The notes beneath the pieces were generated by a model. It searched no databases and was not told the origin of the DNA. It saw nothing but the letters and a program-made list of their open reading frames with translations. Below are positions 19,101-30,764 of a DNA stretch of 64,000 nt, piece after piece. Position 1 is the first letter of the stretch; each line of letters begins with the position of its first letter. This DNA is from Zygnema circumcarinatum SAG 698-1b (lineage: Eukaryota > Plantae > Zygnematophyceae): assembly GCA_037447605.1 (NCBI GenBank), contig CM074817.1:744001-808000 (forward strand). The letters are read 5' to 3'. The position numbers and the translations under genes are program-made.

Positions 19101-19403
19101 AGGCAGGAGCTCAAAGTGGCGGTTGATTGGCCGAAAGGGAGACTCCGCCGATTAGGGTTTGTGTACCGAATTCGTCACTTTGAGAGATGGAGGGAGGCAG
19201 GGGCCGACGTGTGGGTGGACGGAGAGAAGGTCACTTTTCTGCCTGTCGGTGTAAAGGGCAACACTTTGACTCACTGGTGGCTGGATGAGAGCTTGAGCTG
19301 GGAGGGGAGGGAGGGGGAGAGAGAGAGAGAGGGGAGGGAGAGGGAGGTGAGCTTCATACCTCGGACAGACAAGTTTGATCTGATCGCCATTGTAGGGGAG
19401 TGA
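16198..19403 (+). CDS. Secreted or membrane SGNH/GDSL-like hydrolase (predicted exons 16198-16299, 16880-17010, 17245-17449, 17703-17919, 18040-19403)
   Basis: Phase-consistent GT-AG splicing worked out by hand. Block I-like KLLLGEPVTVVAIGGSVT, block III-like ADLIILECAAND, EALLRQLLNLPSRPLV, and block V DKTHPTAKGH. Hydrophobic N-terminus; an alternative in-frame start lies at ~16156. Confidence 0.75.
16370..16700. repeat. Degenerate CCCTAA-rich tract in intron 1 of the SGNH gene
   Basis: Many ccctaa/cctaac units interspersed with variants. Confidence 0.8.
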
Positions 19404-20149
19404 GTGATGTACAGTGTACATTGTTTTATTTTGTTATTATTCATTTGATTTATTTATTCATTGGCTGTTCGAAGGCCTTGCTTTTATGGTTTTAGAGTTT
19501 GGCATGGTTTTTAGGGTTCGCATCGAGCTATGGGTTTTCGGTCTTATTCTTGCCGTTGGTGGGATCCATGGAAAGACCCATGCCATGGTCGGGATGACCC
19601 ATGCCCCTTTCCCCCTAATTATCTGTACATTTCTGGGGTTATTGCTGACTTTGTTCAAAAGTAACGATATTTTAAAGCCACCTTCATCGACCTCTGTAGA
19701 CCTCGCAAGTTCGTTCTTTACAAATGGGCCAAACATGTTCGCATCCATTGGAGGTTTGACTTCGACGAGGAGAACCACGAGGAGTCACTACTTCCTTCTC
19801 CCTCTCCGTCTTCCTCTCCCTCTCCCACTCCCTCTCCCTGCTAGACGCGCAGATGCTGTGGGCGGGCCTCCATGTGCGTGACACGGCCTTCAGTTGCAGT
19901 CTCACACGACTCTCACGGAACTCCCAACTACATTTTGCTGACGTGGCGCCCCTCTCGTCCAATCGCAGCGAGGGCAGGAACCCAGCGGACCAATCGCTTT
20001 CGGGCCCTGACTTCGAGCGAGCATGGAAACGGCAAATTTTCCAATTTTGAACTGTAACTGCCATAGAACTGAGCTTTATCCACTATATCCTCCAATCCAA
20101 AGGCGCGATCCGGAATCCCTTTTTCCCAGAAAACGCGGGATCGTGTATC

Positions 20150-20193
20150 GTACAATTTTGTACTTTACAGTACGAACCGTACACTATCCGTAC
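20150..20193. promoter_or_regulatory. Five GTAC cores at ~10-bp spacing (CuRE/SBP-box-like), 82-125 bp upstream of the CYP97B ATG
   Basis: GTAC at 20150, 20160, 20170, 20179 and 20190; the last two are CCGTAC. Confidence 0.5.
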
Positions 20194-20274
20194 GGGCCCT
20201 CCCCTTGGCCAAGCTAGCCGTTGCAGCGCCCTCGGCCAGTTGGCGCGAGCTGAGCCCTCCACGTGTGCCTTAAA

Positions 20275-23200
20275 ATGGCGGCCGCTGCGACGCTGCCACG
20301 TGTCGCGATCTCTGATGCCAGCCTTCGGTCGGGCGGCCAATGGCGGCCTCGCGCTGCGGCGAAGACGGAGCTGCTCGCGTGCGCGGAGGAGGCCACGTGG
20401 CGGGGGCGGAGTGCCCGATTGCTCGCGAGTCGCGTGACACGTGGCGCGAGGAGACAGTTCCGACATAATGTGACCAGGTGGCTTACCCCTAAACCCTAAA
20501 CCTTACTCTGAACCTTTCAATGTGTCCCTGAACCCTGACCCTCTCCTCACCCCCTCCCCCCCTCTTCTCCCGCCTCCCCTATATACCCCCCCCGCCCCCA
20601 CCCTTACTCCCTACCCCCTGAACCCTGAACCCTAAACCCAAACTTACTCTGAACCTTTCAATGTGTCCCTGAACCCTGACCCTCTCCTCACCCCCTCCCC
20701 CCCTCTTCTCCCGCCTCCCCTATATACCCCCCTCGCCCCCACCCTTACTCCCTACCCCCTGAACCCTAGACCCTAAACCCTGAGCCTTTAACCCTGGGTC
20801 CGTGGTTCAGAATGGCGGTGGGGCCGCCGAAGGGCTCGCCGCCGAAGTCCGGCGCGCAGTCCCTCCTGGACGCGGCGAGCAACGCGCTGACGAGCGCGCT
20901 GAGCGGCGGGGCCATACAAGGGATGCCGGTGGCGGAGGGCGACGTCTCGGACCTCTTCGGGAGGCCGCTCTTCTTCGCGCTCTACGACTGGTTCATGGAG
21001 GTTAGCTTGGAGGGGGGCGAGGGGGGTAGAGTTCTGAGGGAGGGAAAGGGAGAGGGAGGGGGAGGGGGAGGGGAAGGGAAGGGGGAGTGGGAGAAGGGGA
21101 GGGAGAGGGAGGGGGAGGGGGAGGGGAAGGGGAGGGGGAGTAGGAGAAGGAGNNNNNNNNNNAGGGAGTGGAAGAGGGAGAGGGAGAGGGAGGGGGAGGG
21201 GGAGGGGAAGGGGGAGGGGGAGTGGGAGAGAGAGTGGGAGAGGGAGAGAAAGAGGGAGAGGGAGAGGGAGAAAGAGTGGGGGAGGGAGAGGGGGTGGGAG
21301 AGGGAGAGGGAGGGTTTAAGATTACAGGGGGGGCTTAGGTTCTCTGTTGAGGGGGGGAGGCAGGGTTCAGGGTTCTTATGGGGGTGGGATACTGAAGGGG
21401 GGGATCTCATTTTTTTTTCAAATTTTCAGCATGGCGGAGCGTACAAGCTCGCCTTCGGCCCAAAATCCTTTGTCGTTATTTCCGATCCAATCATTGCGCG
21501 ACACATTTTGCGAGAAAATGCGTTCGCATACGACAAGGTACTTCGCCCTTTCTAAGCAGCTCCGTTTTCCACCCCTTGTTTTTTCCCGTGCCCTTATTTT
21601 TCATGCCGAAGCCCATCCCAACTATAGCTTTCATTTTTTTTTTTTAAATTGACCTTCTTTACATAATGCCAGTTTCCCTTTCCATTTATATTTTTTCTGC
21701 AATTCCATTAAAGCACATTTTTACGGTTATCCCAATCGACTCTGAACCCTAATTAGGGATCTTAGGGTTCAGGGCGTATTGGCGGATATCTTAGAGCCAA
21801 TCATGGGGAAGGGTTTGATTCCTGCCGACTTGGACACGTGGAAAGTGCGGAGACGAGGTCTGTTTTTTAAATCCAAAACCCAATTTTTACGTGAATTTGA
21901 TTTTTTTTAGTTCATTAAACTTCAGTGCTGCTTGAATCCTTTCAGAGTTTCTGACTTTTTTTGGGATTTGGAGGTTTCGAGGATCCAATCATACCCTTTT
22001 ATTGCTTAGTTTTTCTACCTGCTGTTTCCTTTGATTTCCTTTTCGTTTGGAAGTCAAGTCAAGTCAAGTCAATTGAAAAAAGTCAATGAAGTTGAGTCGA
22101 GTCACATTAAGTCAAGAGAAACGAGTCAACTAAAAGTCAAATAAGGTAAAGTCAAGTCAAGTCAAGTGAAGCTTTTCGGAATCTTTTCCTTTTCTAACGT
22201 TTGCTGTTTGCAGGCTTTCGGAGCCTGAGACCATAACGGAAACTGACGCTCTATGTTTTTGATTGACTCTGTTCTCGCTGTCGCCAAAATCCGTTCAACG
22301 GAACAAAAACGGAACGGAAACGCAGCCATTGTTCCCGCGTTCCATTCCGCGTACCTTGAAGCCATGGTCGAAGTATTTGGGTCCTGTACGGAACGCACCA
22401 TTTCAAAGTTGGACGGATTTCTGAACGAGGGAGGAGCGGCTGCGGAGGGAATCAAAGTGGAGATGGAGGCGGAGTATTCAAACCTCGCCCTAGACATAAT
22501 CGGAATTAGCGTTTTCAATTATGACTTCGGTTCCGTAACAAAGGAGTCCCCCATTATTCAGGTGAAGATAGCAGGGCTTCTCTAATTTGAAAAACCTTAA
22601 AGGATTTTTTATTTATTGAGTTTACGAGGGGAAGCTGAGACATTCCTCTCAGTCCTCCTTCTCACTCTCTCACTCTCTCTCTCTCTCTCGTACTTCCTCG
22701 TGCCCTCACCTTCTCTCCCAACCCTCCTTCCCCGACCCTCTCCTTCACCCCAATCTCTTCTCTGCCTTTCCTGCTCTCGTTCCCTCCCTCTCTTTTGCCT
22801 CTCATACTCTCTTTTTCCTCGATAAAGTCAAGCTAAAGTCAAGCTTTGCAAGAAAGAGATGCCTTAGTAGAATATCCTAAACTGCTTATTAACTGATGAC
22901 CATAGACAGTAAACTTGTCAATAATAAAAAAAAACAACATTAAAACCTAATGAGGTTTTGCAGGCGGTGTATGGAACGCTCTATGAAGCCGAACACCGCT
23001 CGACCTTTTATATCCCCTATTGGAAAATACCCTTTGCAAGGTAAGTTTCTGCGAGTAATCTAAAAACTAAAACCTGGTTTTCAATCTGGCTGAAAGTTTT
23101 AATTTCTTGAAACCCACTGACAGTTTGGCTTTTAAGGGTGGGTTTGGTTAGCATACTGGAAACGAAACTTAGTTTTCAAGTTTCTCAATGCCTTTGAAAT

Positions 23201-23614
23201 GGTTTCTCGCGTTCAAGGATTTATTGTTTTTTTCTTGTTTCGTTTCTTTTTTCTTTTGCTCTTTTTCTTTTGATGCAGTTATGTTGTCCCAAGACAAATA
23301 AAATTCCAAAAAGATTTAAAAGTAATTAACGAGTGCCTCGATGATCTCATCAATAGAGCCCGAGCCACTCGCCAGGTACTGAATTTTCCCAAAATAATAA
23401 GTAATTGAAATTTAATTTAAATCTTTTGAGCCTTATCCTACGCACCCCCTAAAGAGAAAAGAAAGTGACTTCCTGCCTATAATAATATGGATAATATTTT
23501 CCTACAATAACTCATAATTATGTATAATGTTCTGGGCCTGTGTAGGAGGATGATTTGGAAGCTCTGCAACAAAGGGACTACTCTAATGTGAAGGTGGGTC
23601 CCACCTCAAAACTG

Positions 23615-23653
<39 letters not shown>

Positions 23654-26424
23654 CCCTCCCGCTCTCTCATTTCAGGGCGGGGTCCTGGTCCTGGTCCTGG
23701 TCCTGCAGCCCACATTGCTCGCCAAAGTTCAGTTTCCAACCCGGAAAGAAACTGAAAAACAATTTAGGACATGAAAAAGGACCCTAAGTAACCCTGAGGG
23801 AGGGAGGAATTCTGGGGGAGGGAGTGGGTGGAGGGAGGGGGGGAGGGAGGGAGGGAGGGGTGGAGGGAGAGAGGGAGTGGGGGGAGGGAGGGAGGAAGTC
23901 TGGGGGGGGAGGGAGGGAGGGAGTGGGGGGAGGGAGGGAGTGAGTGGGGGGACTAAACCCCGCCCCCCTAGAGTCGAGTGGTGGCAGGACGCGAGCCTTT
24001 TGCGGTTTCTGGTGGACATGAGAGGCGAGGAGTGCGGGAACCGGCAGCTGCGGGACGACCTCATGACCATGCTCATCGCGGGGCACGAGACCACCGCCGC
24101 CGTGCTCACGTGGGCCACCTTCATGCTGGCGCAGGTGAGGGAGAGGGAGAGGGAGAGGAGAGGGAGAGAGAGAGGGAGAGGGAGAGGGAGAGGGAGGGGG
24201 AGAGGGAGAGGGAGAGAGGAAGGCGAGGGGAGAGAGACGGAGGGGGGTGTATGTGGTAGGGATTGTGTGAAGGAAGGAAGGAATGATGGGCCAGCTTCAT
24301 GCTCGCACAAGTGAGGGTGTGGGAGTGGGTTGGGAGGAAGGAAGAGGGAGGGGGAAAAGGGAGTGGTAAGGGTAGTGTGGAGGTACAAGGTAGGAAGGGG
24401 AAGGAGCGAGAGAGGGAGGGATTGAGGAATGGAGGAATGGATGGTGTCAATGGTATCAAGGAGGAATGGAGAAGGAGGGAATGAAAGAGCGAATGCTTCG
24501 GATAAATAGGGGATGAAAGGAAGGGAGCAGTTTCTCTCTCTTTTCAGCTCATTGAGTGTTTGTGGAGGCGCTGCAGCATCCGGACATCGTCGCAAAAGCG
24601 CAGAGAGAGGTGGACGCGGTTGTGGGCGATAGGAGGCCGACTCTGGAGGACCTCAAGGGACTCAGGTGGGAGTGGGCGATGGGGGGAGAGATGTCAAAAA
24701 CGAGGGAGAGTGAGCGAGAGAGAGAAACAGCGATAGGGAGGGAGACAGGGAAAGAGAGATAGAGAGGGAGACAGGAATGAAAGATAGAGAGGGAGAGGGA
24801 GAGGGAGAGAGGGTGAGAGAAAAAAAGAACGAGAGAGGAATTCCAAGCAGTGCAAGCAGATAAAAACGAAGGGAGCGAACAGGGGTGAGGGAATAGAGAG
24901 GAAGTGAAGGTGCACGGTCCGTTTTTCCCCACTCACTCTCTCCTCGTACCTCTCCCCACCCATCTCTCTCTCCCCTTGTTTACCTTCCTATAATGCCTTC
25001 CTATCCCTTCAGGCTGGTCCGCCTCATAGTGGCGGAGTCGCTGCGGCTCTTCCCTCAGCCGCCCCTCCTCATCCGCCGCAGCCTTCAGCCCGACCTCCTG
25101 CCGGGTGAGGGGGAGGGAGTGGGACAGGAGGGAGGACGGGGGAGAGGAGGGAGAGGGAGGGGGAGAGGAAGGGGGAGAGGAGGGAGAGGGTGGGAGAGAG
25201 GGAGGGGGAGAGGTGGGAGAAGGAGGGGGTTTGAGGGAGAGGAGGAAGGGCGAGGGAGGGGAAGGGGGATGGGAGGGGCTCTTCAATGACGACTGTCCAT
25301 CGAAAAAAGGGAGTTTCCGGAGCTTCAGCTAAAAAAGTGGAATCAACTTGTAGGAAAAATCAACGGAAGAGCAGCACACTGACAGTTGGCAGGTTGTGGA
25401 GGTGACAGGTGGCCACTTGGGCCCGGCGGAAGGATTCGCCATTCCGAAAGGAACAGATCTCTTCATTTCCGTAATGCTCTAATCCATCCTCCCCCTCCCT
25501 TTCCCTCTCTCGCTCTCTATCTCATTCTCCGCCTCTCCCTCTCCCTCTCCCTCTCCCTCTCCCTCTCCCTCTCCCTCTCCCTCTCCCTCTCCCTCTCCCT
25601 CTCCCTCTCCCCCCGCTCTCTCGCTCCTCCAGCCGTCCCCCGTTCTCTCTCTCTTTCTAACACTTCTACTCTCGACGTCTTACAAATGAGAAGATGATCT
25701 TGAAAGTCCGTTCATCCTCATCTCATTCTCATAGAGAGTTGTGCTATCCTTCCCTTCCGCAAAAAAGGATAAGGATAACGAACTAATATGTCCCTTGTTT
25801 TTGTTTTTGTTATTCATTTCTCTCCCAATCGCTACTTAATCGCGTGATTGCAGGTTTACAACATGCATCGGTCGCCGCATTTCTGGGACGATGCGAACGC
25901 CTTTAACCCCGAGCGCTTTTTGAGTCCAAAAAGTGGAGAAGGGATTGAAGGATGGGAGGGCTTTGACCCCACAAGAGCCCAAAACTCGCTCTACCCCAAC
26001 GAGGTGCGCACATGCATTCAGTTCCGTTTTCCGTTTCACTGCTCACAGCGACTATGGCATTTTCTTCATTTTTCTTTAAGAAATATTCACACTTCCTCCT
26101 CCCCCTCCTCCTCCTCCTCTCGCCCCCTCCTATATTTTTGTTTTCTTTGTTTTCTGTCACCAGACGACTGCAGATTTTGCATTTTTGCCATTCGGTGGGG
26201 GCCCCCGAAAGTGTGTGGGAGATCAGTTCGCTCTCATGGAGGCGACGGTCGCCCTTTCTATGTTGCTGCGGCGGTACGAGTTCCGTTTAACGGGGAAGGC
26301 GGAGGACGTGGAGCTCGTAACTGGCGCGACCATACACACAAAGAACGGCCTTTGGTGCCAATTGCAGAAGAGAAATGTGGGAGTGGGAGTGGCCGCCCAA
26401 GAGCCGTCTCTTGCCACCACTTGA
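20275..26424 (+). CDS. CYP97B: Cytochrome P450 97B (plastid carotenoid-hydroxylase family), 14 exons
   Basis: Transit-peptide exon 20275-20477, then [87 protein letters not shown] (I helix), [17 protein letters not shown] (ExxR), FNPERF, and heme motif [15 protein letters not shown]; stop at 26424. Confidence 0.95.
20490..20770. repeat. Two-copy 141-bp tandem duplication in CYP97B intron 1, bounded by CCCTAA/CCCTGA motifs
   Basis: cttactctgaacctttcaatgtgtccctgaaccctgaccctctcc... occurs at 20502 and 20643. Confidence 0.9.
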
Positions 26425-28392
26425 TCTCTCTCTCTCTCACAATCTCTCTCTCTCTCACACACTCTCTCACACTCTCTCTCTCACACAGTCTCTCTCACAC
26501 ACACTCTCGCACACTCTCTCACACACTCACTCACTCTCTCTCTCACACACACACTCTCTCTCTCTCTTTTTTTTTTCTCTCTCCCCTCTCTCCATCTCGT
26601 TTTCTTTCTCTCTTCCCTCTCTCTCTCGTTCACTCTCTCCTCCCTCTCTTTCTCTCCTCTCTTCCAGAGTAGGTTTGATTTCTTAAAAGTATGTGCGTCT
26701 ATTATCTTAGCGAGGCTGCTTGCAACTAGATTTTTTGCCCTTGTATATTTTTAAAAAAGAAGTGAAGAAATTAATCTTTTATTTTCTTTAAAACAGCGTT
26801 CTCTCTCTCCCTTTGAGCCGCCTGAAGGATCCGCCGAATGGCCTCCTTCCACAAACCTGAGTTGAGAAAATGCAAATTATCACTTAGGTCCTATGGATGT
26901 TAAAAAAAAAAAACTTAAATTAAGCTGAAATCTAAGTCGGGAATGTTTTTTTGTTGCATGCTGTAAAAAGTACACCGAAAGCACACAGAATAGTCGACGG
27001 CAGATCATGCCCCGGTCATGAGGAGTCGTGAGAAACGGTCACGAGTCTTAGCCACGAAAACTGGTCAGAGGACATGTGACTTGGTCATGACCAATCATCG
27101 CGTCATGACCCCGGTCACGACCTGTGGCCCTCCCAGGCCTGCCGGCGACACGTGTCCCTGGGCAGGTCACATGGTCGGCACGTGTCGCCATCTGAACCGC
27201 AGAGACCGTTTGCAGATCTGCCGACCGCCACGTGCCCTATAAGGACTTGCCCGTACAGACGGTCACGTTTCGTCCTGACCGCGGGCAGCCAAAGTTTTTA
27301 TTTTCTTATGATGTGAAACGGTCAAATGTTTTTTCCCTGCCCGTTGGGCCCTCTGCCGCCGACCGCCGACCGCAAACTAGATCGTCATTATACGTCATTA
27401 AGTTAGAAACCGTCAGGCTAATTGAACTGCTGACCACATCCTGAGTTCGCAAACCAGGATTTTCTTAGAACTTAATGAAATGAGTAAAATAAGAAATATT
27501 TTTTGTTGGTATGTCGGTTAGTGGGAACGACGCGCACTTACTTCGGTCGATACACTCATTTTTTTTGTCGTTGAAAGGCGAGAAACGGGTGGGAAAAACT
27601 TTCTTAGGTGAAAACGTTTTCTGGGCAGATCAAGTTAAACGTTTCCCAACAGACTGTGGACCGCGGACCACAAAGAAATTGTTTCAGCTCAATTTGATTG
27701 GCTGAAACGAGTTTATTTAGATTCACGGGCAGGGAACAATTTTCATAGCACTGAAACCAAAATATAAGAAACGACCTACAATAGTTATTTCACTTACAAA
27801 AAATGTGATTATTATTTTTTCTGGCCATAATTGTATTTGGACCCTGACCGAATCGCGAATATCCTGTCTATATGCCGCGGACCAGAAACGATATTCCAAA
27901 CGGGACGTCGGGCAGCTCAAAAACATTGGCCCGCCATTCAGAAAGGAGCTTAACGGCCAAATTTCGGGCAGAAGAATATAATTTGGTTCTGCCCGAGCCA
28001 GAATTTGAACTATCGGGCAGGCAGTATGTTACACCTGGCAGAAACTGATTGGCGGAGGCAGATTCAAACGTTTCAAGCTGTACTTTCTTGTTTTTTTCCT
28101 TAAAGTTTTTAGAAAGTAAATTAAAATTACAAAATGTGTACACCGCCAACCGGGCAGGTGGGGTCCCCACCCCCCTGCTCCCTCCCAGGCAGCCATGGCT
28201 GCCCTCCGCCTGCAGGGAGGGAGGCGGACGAGGCTCCTCTCCCTTCCTTTCTGTCGGGGACTTGGTTTCGCTAAACCCTCACAACTGAACAGTGAAAATC
28301 CAGTTTTTTTTTTCTCAAATTTTTGAGTTTGGCCCTCTCCCTCCCTCCCTCCCTCCCTCCCTCNNNNNNNNNNCTCCCTCCACCCCGCCGCC

Positions 28393-30728
28393 ATGTCCGG
28401 CACACCCCCCCCTCCCTCCCCTCAGGAGGAGCGCGAGCAGCAGAAGAGGCAGCGCCGGAAGGAGAAGCTCGAGCGCAAGCTCTCCCAGCTGGCCGCCGAT
28501 GACATCACTGCTGATGCGGCCCACCGCAGCGAGGGCGATGACCCCCATGGCCGGCGGCGCACGCGCATGGGCGCGCTGACCGCCATCATCGCCTCCAAGC
28601 GCTTCCGGTCGACGATGAAGCGCAAGAAGGCGAAGAAGCTCCTCCAGAAGCTGCGCTCCATTCAGGACACGCGCTCCGAGGCCGAGGTCAGCGCGGTCAA
28701 CGACTTCAGGGCCAAGCTCACGGAGGCGAACCTGCTGCCGGAGCAGCATGACGACTATCATACCATGCTCAGGTGGGAGGGGGAGGGGAGGGTGGAAAGG
28801 GAGAGAGTGTGGGAGGGGCGAGAGCGGAGAGAGTGGGAGGGGGGGGGGAGGGGAGGGGGGAGAGGGAGGAAGTGTGGGAGGGTGGGGGGGGGGAGGAAGG
28901 GGGAGAGGGGAGGGGAGGGAGGAAGGGGGAGAGGGGAGGGGAGGGAGGGAGAAGAGGGAGAGAGAGTGGGAGAGTGGGAGGGGGGGGGACTGGTAGGGAG
29001 TGGGAGGAGGGGGGGAGGTGGAGAGAGGGGGAGAGATTGGGAGGGGGGGGGGGGAAGAGAGTGGGAGGAGGGGTGGAGGGGGAGAGAGTAAAAAAAAAAG
29101 GAGAATGCGTGTTGGTGCATGGGTGAAAGCATGCATGTATGTGGAGGAAGTAATAAGGAAAGGAGGATGGTGGGTTAGAAGGAGAGAGGTTGTTGAACAG
29201 GGGCAGTGATAAAGGGTCAAAGATAAGGAAAGGAATGAGGGAGGAGAAAGGACAGGTTTCAGAGTGTGGGAGAGCAGAGGAGACGAGATGGCAGGTGATC
29301 TGCATATAGGAGGAGTGGATTAGAGGGGCGAAGCACGAGGATGATAAAGGAAGGGAAGGTAGAGGGTCGTAGTGGAGAGAGAAGGGACGGAGAGGGGAGA
29401 CTGAAGAGACCTGGTAATGTACACCGAAAGAGGCAGAGGGACAGAGAGAATAGGAGAAGACAGATAAGAGAGAGAGAGTTGCATCTTTAACTTCAACGGT
29501 TAACTTCAACTGCATCCGCAGGTTTCTTAAAGCACGCAAGTTTGATCTCGAGAAGTCGAAGCTCATGTGGGAAAATTGGCTTCGATGGCGCGAAGAGTTC
29601 GGAACAGATAACTTAGTAAAGGTAAATGCTCGTTGTATTTTCACTCTTTCCCTCGCCCATGCACTCGCGCTTCCTATTCTTCCCACTCTGCTGTTCCGTT
29701 GCATTTCGACCACCTTCGATTTCTCTCCTCCAATATCATCCCCTCCTCCCGCTTCCTCCCCTTCCGTCCCTTTTCTTCCCTTCCTCCTCCCCCCCTCCTC
29801 CTCCTCCCCCTCACCCTCCTCTTCCTTCTCCTCTCCCACCTCCCCCTCCTCCCCCCTTTCTCCCCTCTCCCGCCCCCCCCCCCCTTTCCTCCTCGTCTCC
29901 GTTCTTCTCCTTCTCCTTTCCCCTTCCCTCTCCAACCCCCCTCCTCCCCTCCCCTTGCCCCCCTCGCTTTCCAGCTCGTCTTCCACCCCTTCCCCCTCGC
30001 CTCCCCCACCTCCTCTCCCTCCCCTCACCCACACCCCCGCCCCTCCTCTCCCCCGCTCTCCCTCCTCTTTCCCTCCCCCCCTTTCCACCTCCTTCCCCTC
30101 ATTCCTCCCCAGCTTGTCCTTCCTCCGTTCCCACCCCACCCCACCCCACCCCACCCCACCCCACCCCACCCCACCCCACCCCATCCCACCCCTCCTCCTC
30201 CCCAGTTCCCAAACTCCCCTCCTTGTTTCCTGTTTCCTCTTTCCACTTTCCTGTTTCCTGTTTCCTGTTTCATGTTTCCTGTTTCCTGTTTCCGGTTTCC
30301 GGTTGTCCGGTTTGCAGGAGTTCGAGTTTTCCGAGGCCGCGGAGGTGAAGCGGCACTACCCGCAGGGCCACCACGGAGTGGACCGCGAGGGGCGGCCCGT
30401 GTACATCGAACTCGTGGGCCGCGTGGACACCTCAAAGGTGCTTAAAGTCACAACCATGGACCGCTACGTGCGCTACCATGTGCGCGAGTTCGAGCGAACC
30501 TTCCGGGAAAAGTTTCCGGCCTGCACTGTGGCGGCGGGGCGACTCATCAACCAGACCACCACTATTATGGACGTGTCAGGGATGGTAGGGCGACCTCTCT
30601 CACTCTCTCTCTGTCTCTCTGTCTCGCTCTCTCCCTCTCTCTCTCTCTCTCTCGCTCTCTCACTGTACTTTTCTTTCTCGTTTGGTGGGTTTTTCTGTCC
30701 CTTTCTCTTACTCCTCTCTCTTTTTTGG

Positions 30729-30764
<36 letters not shown>

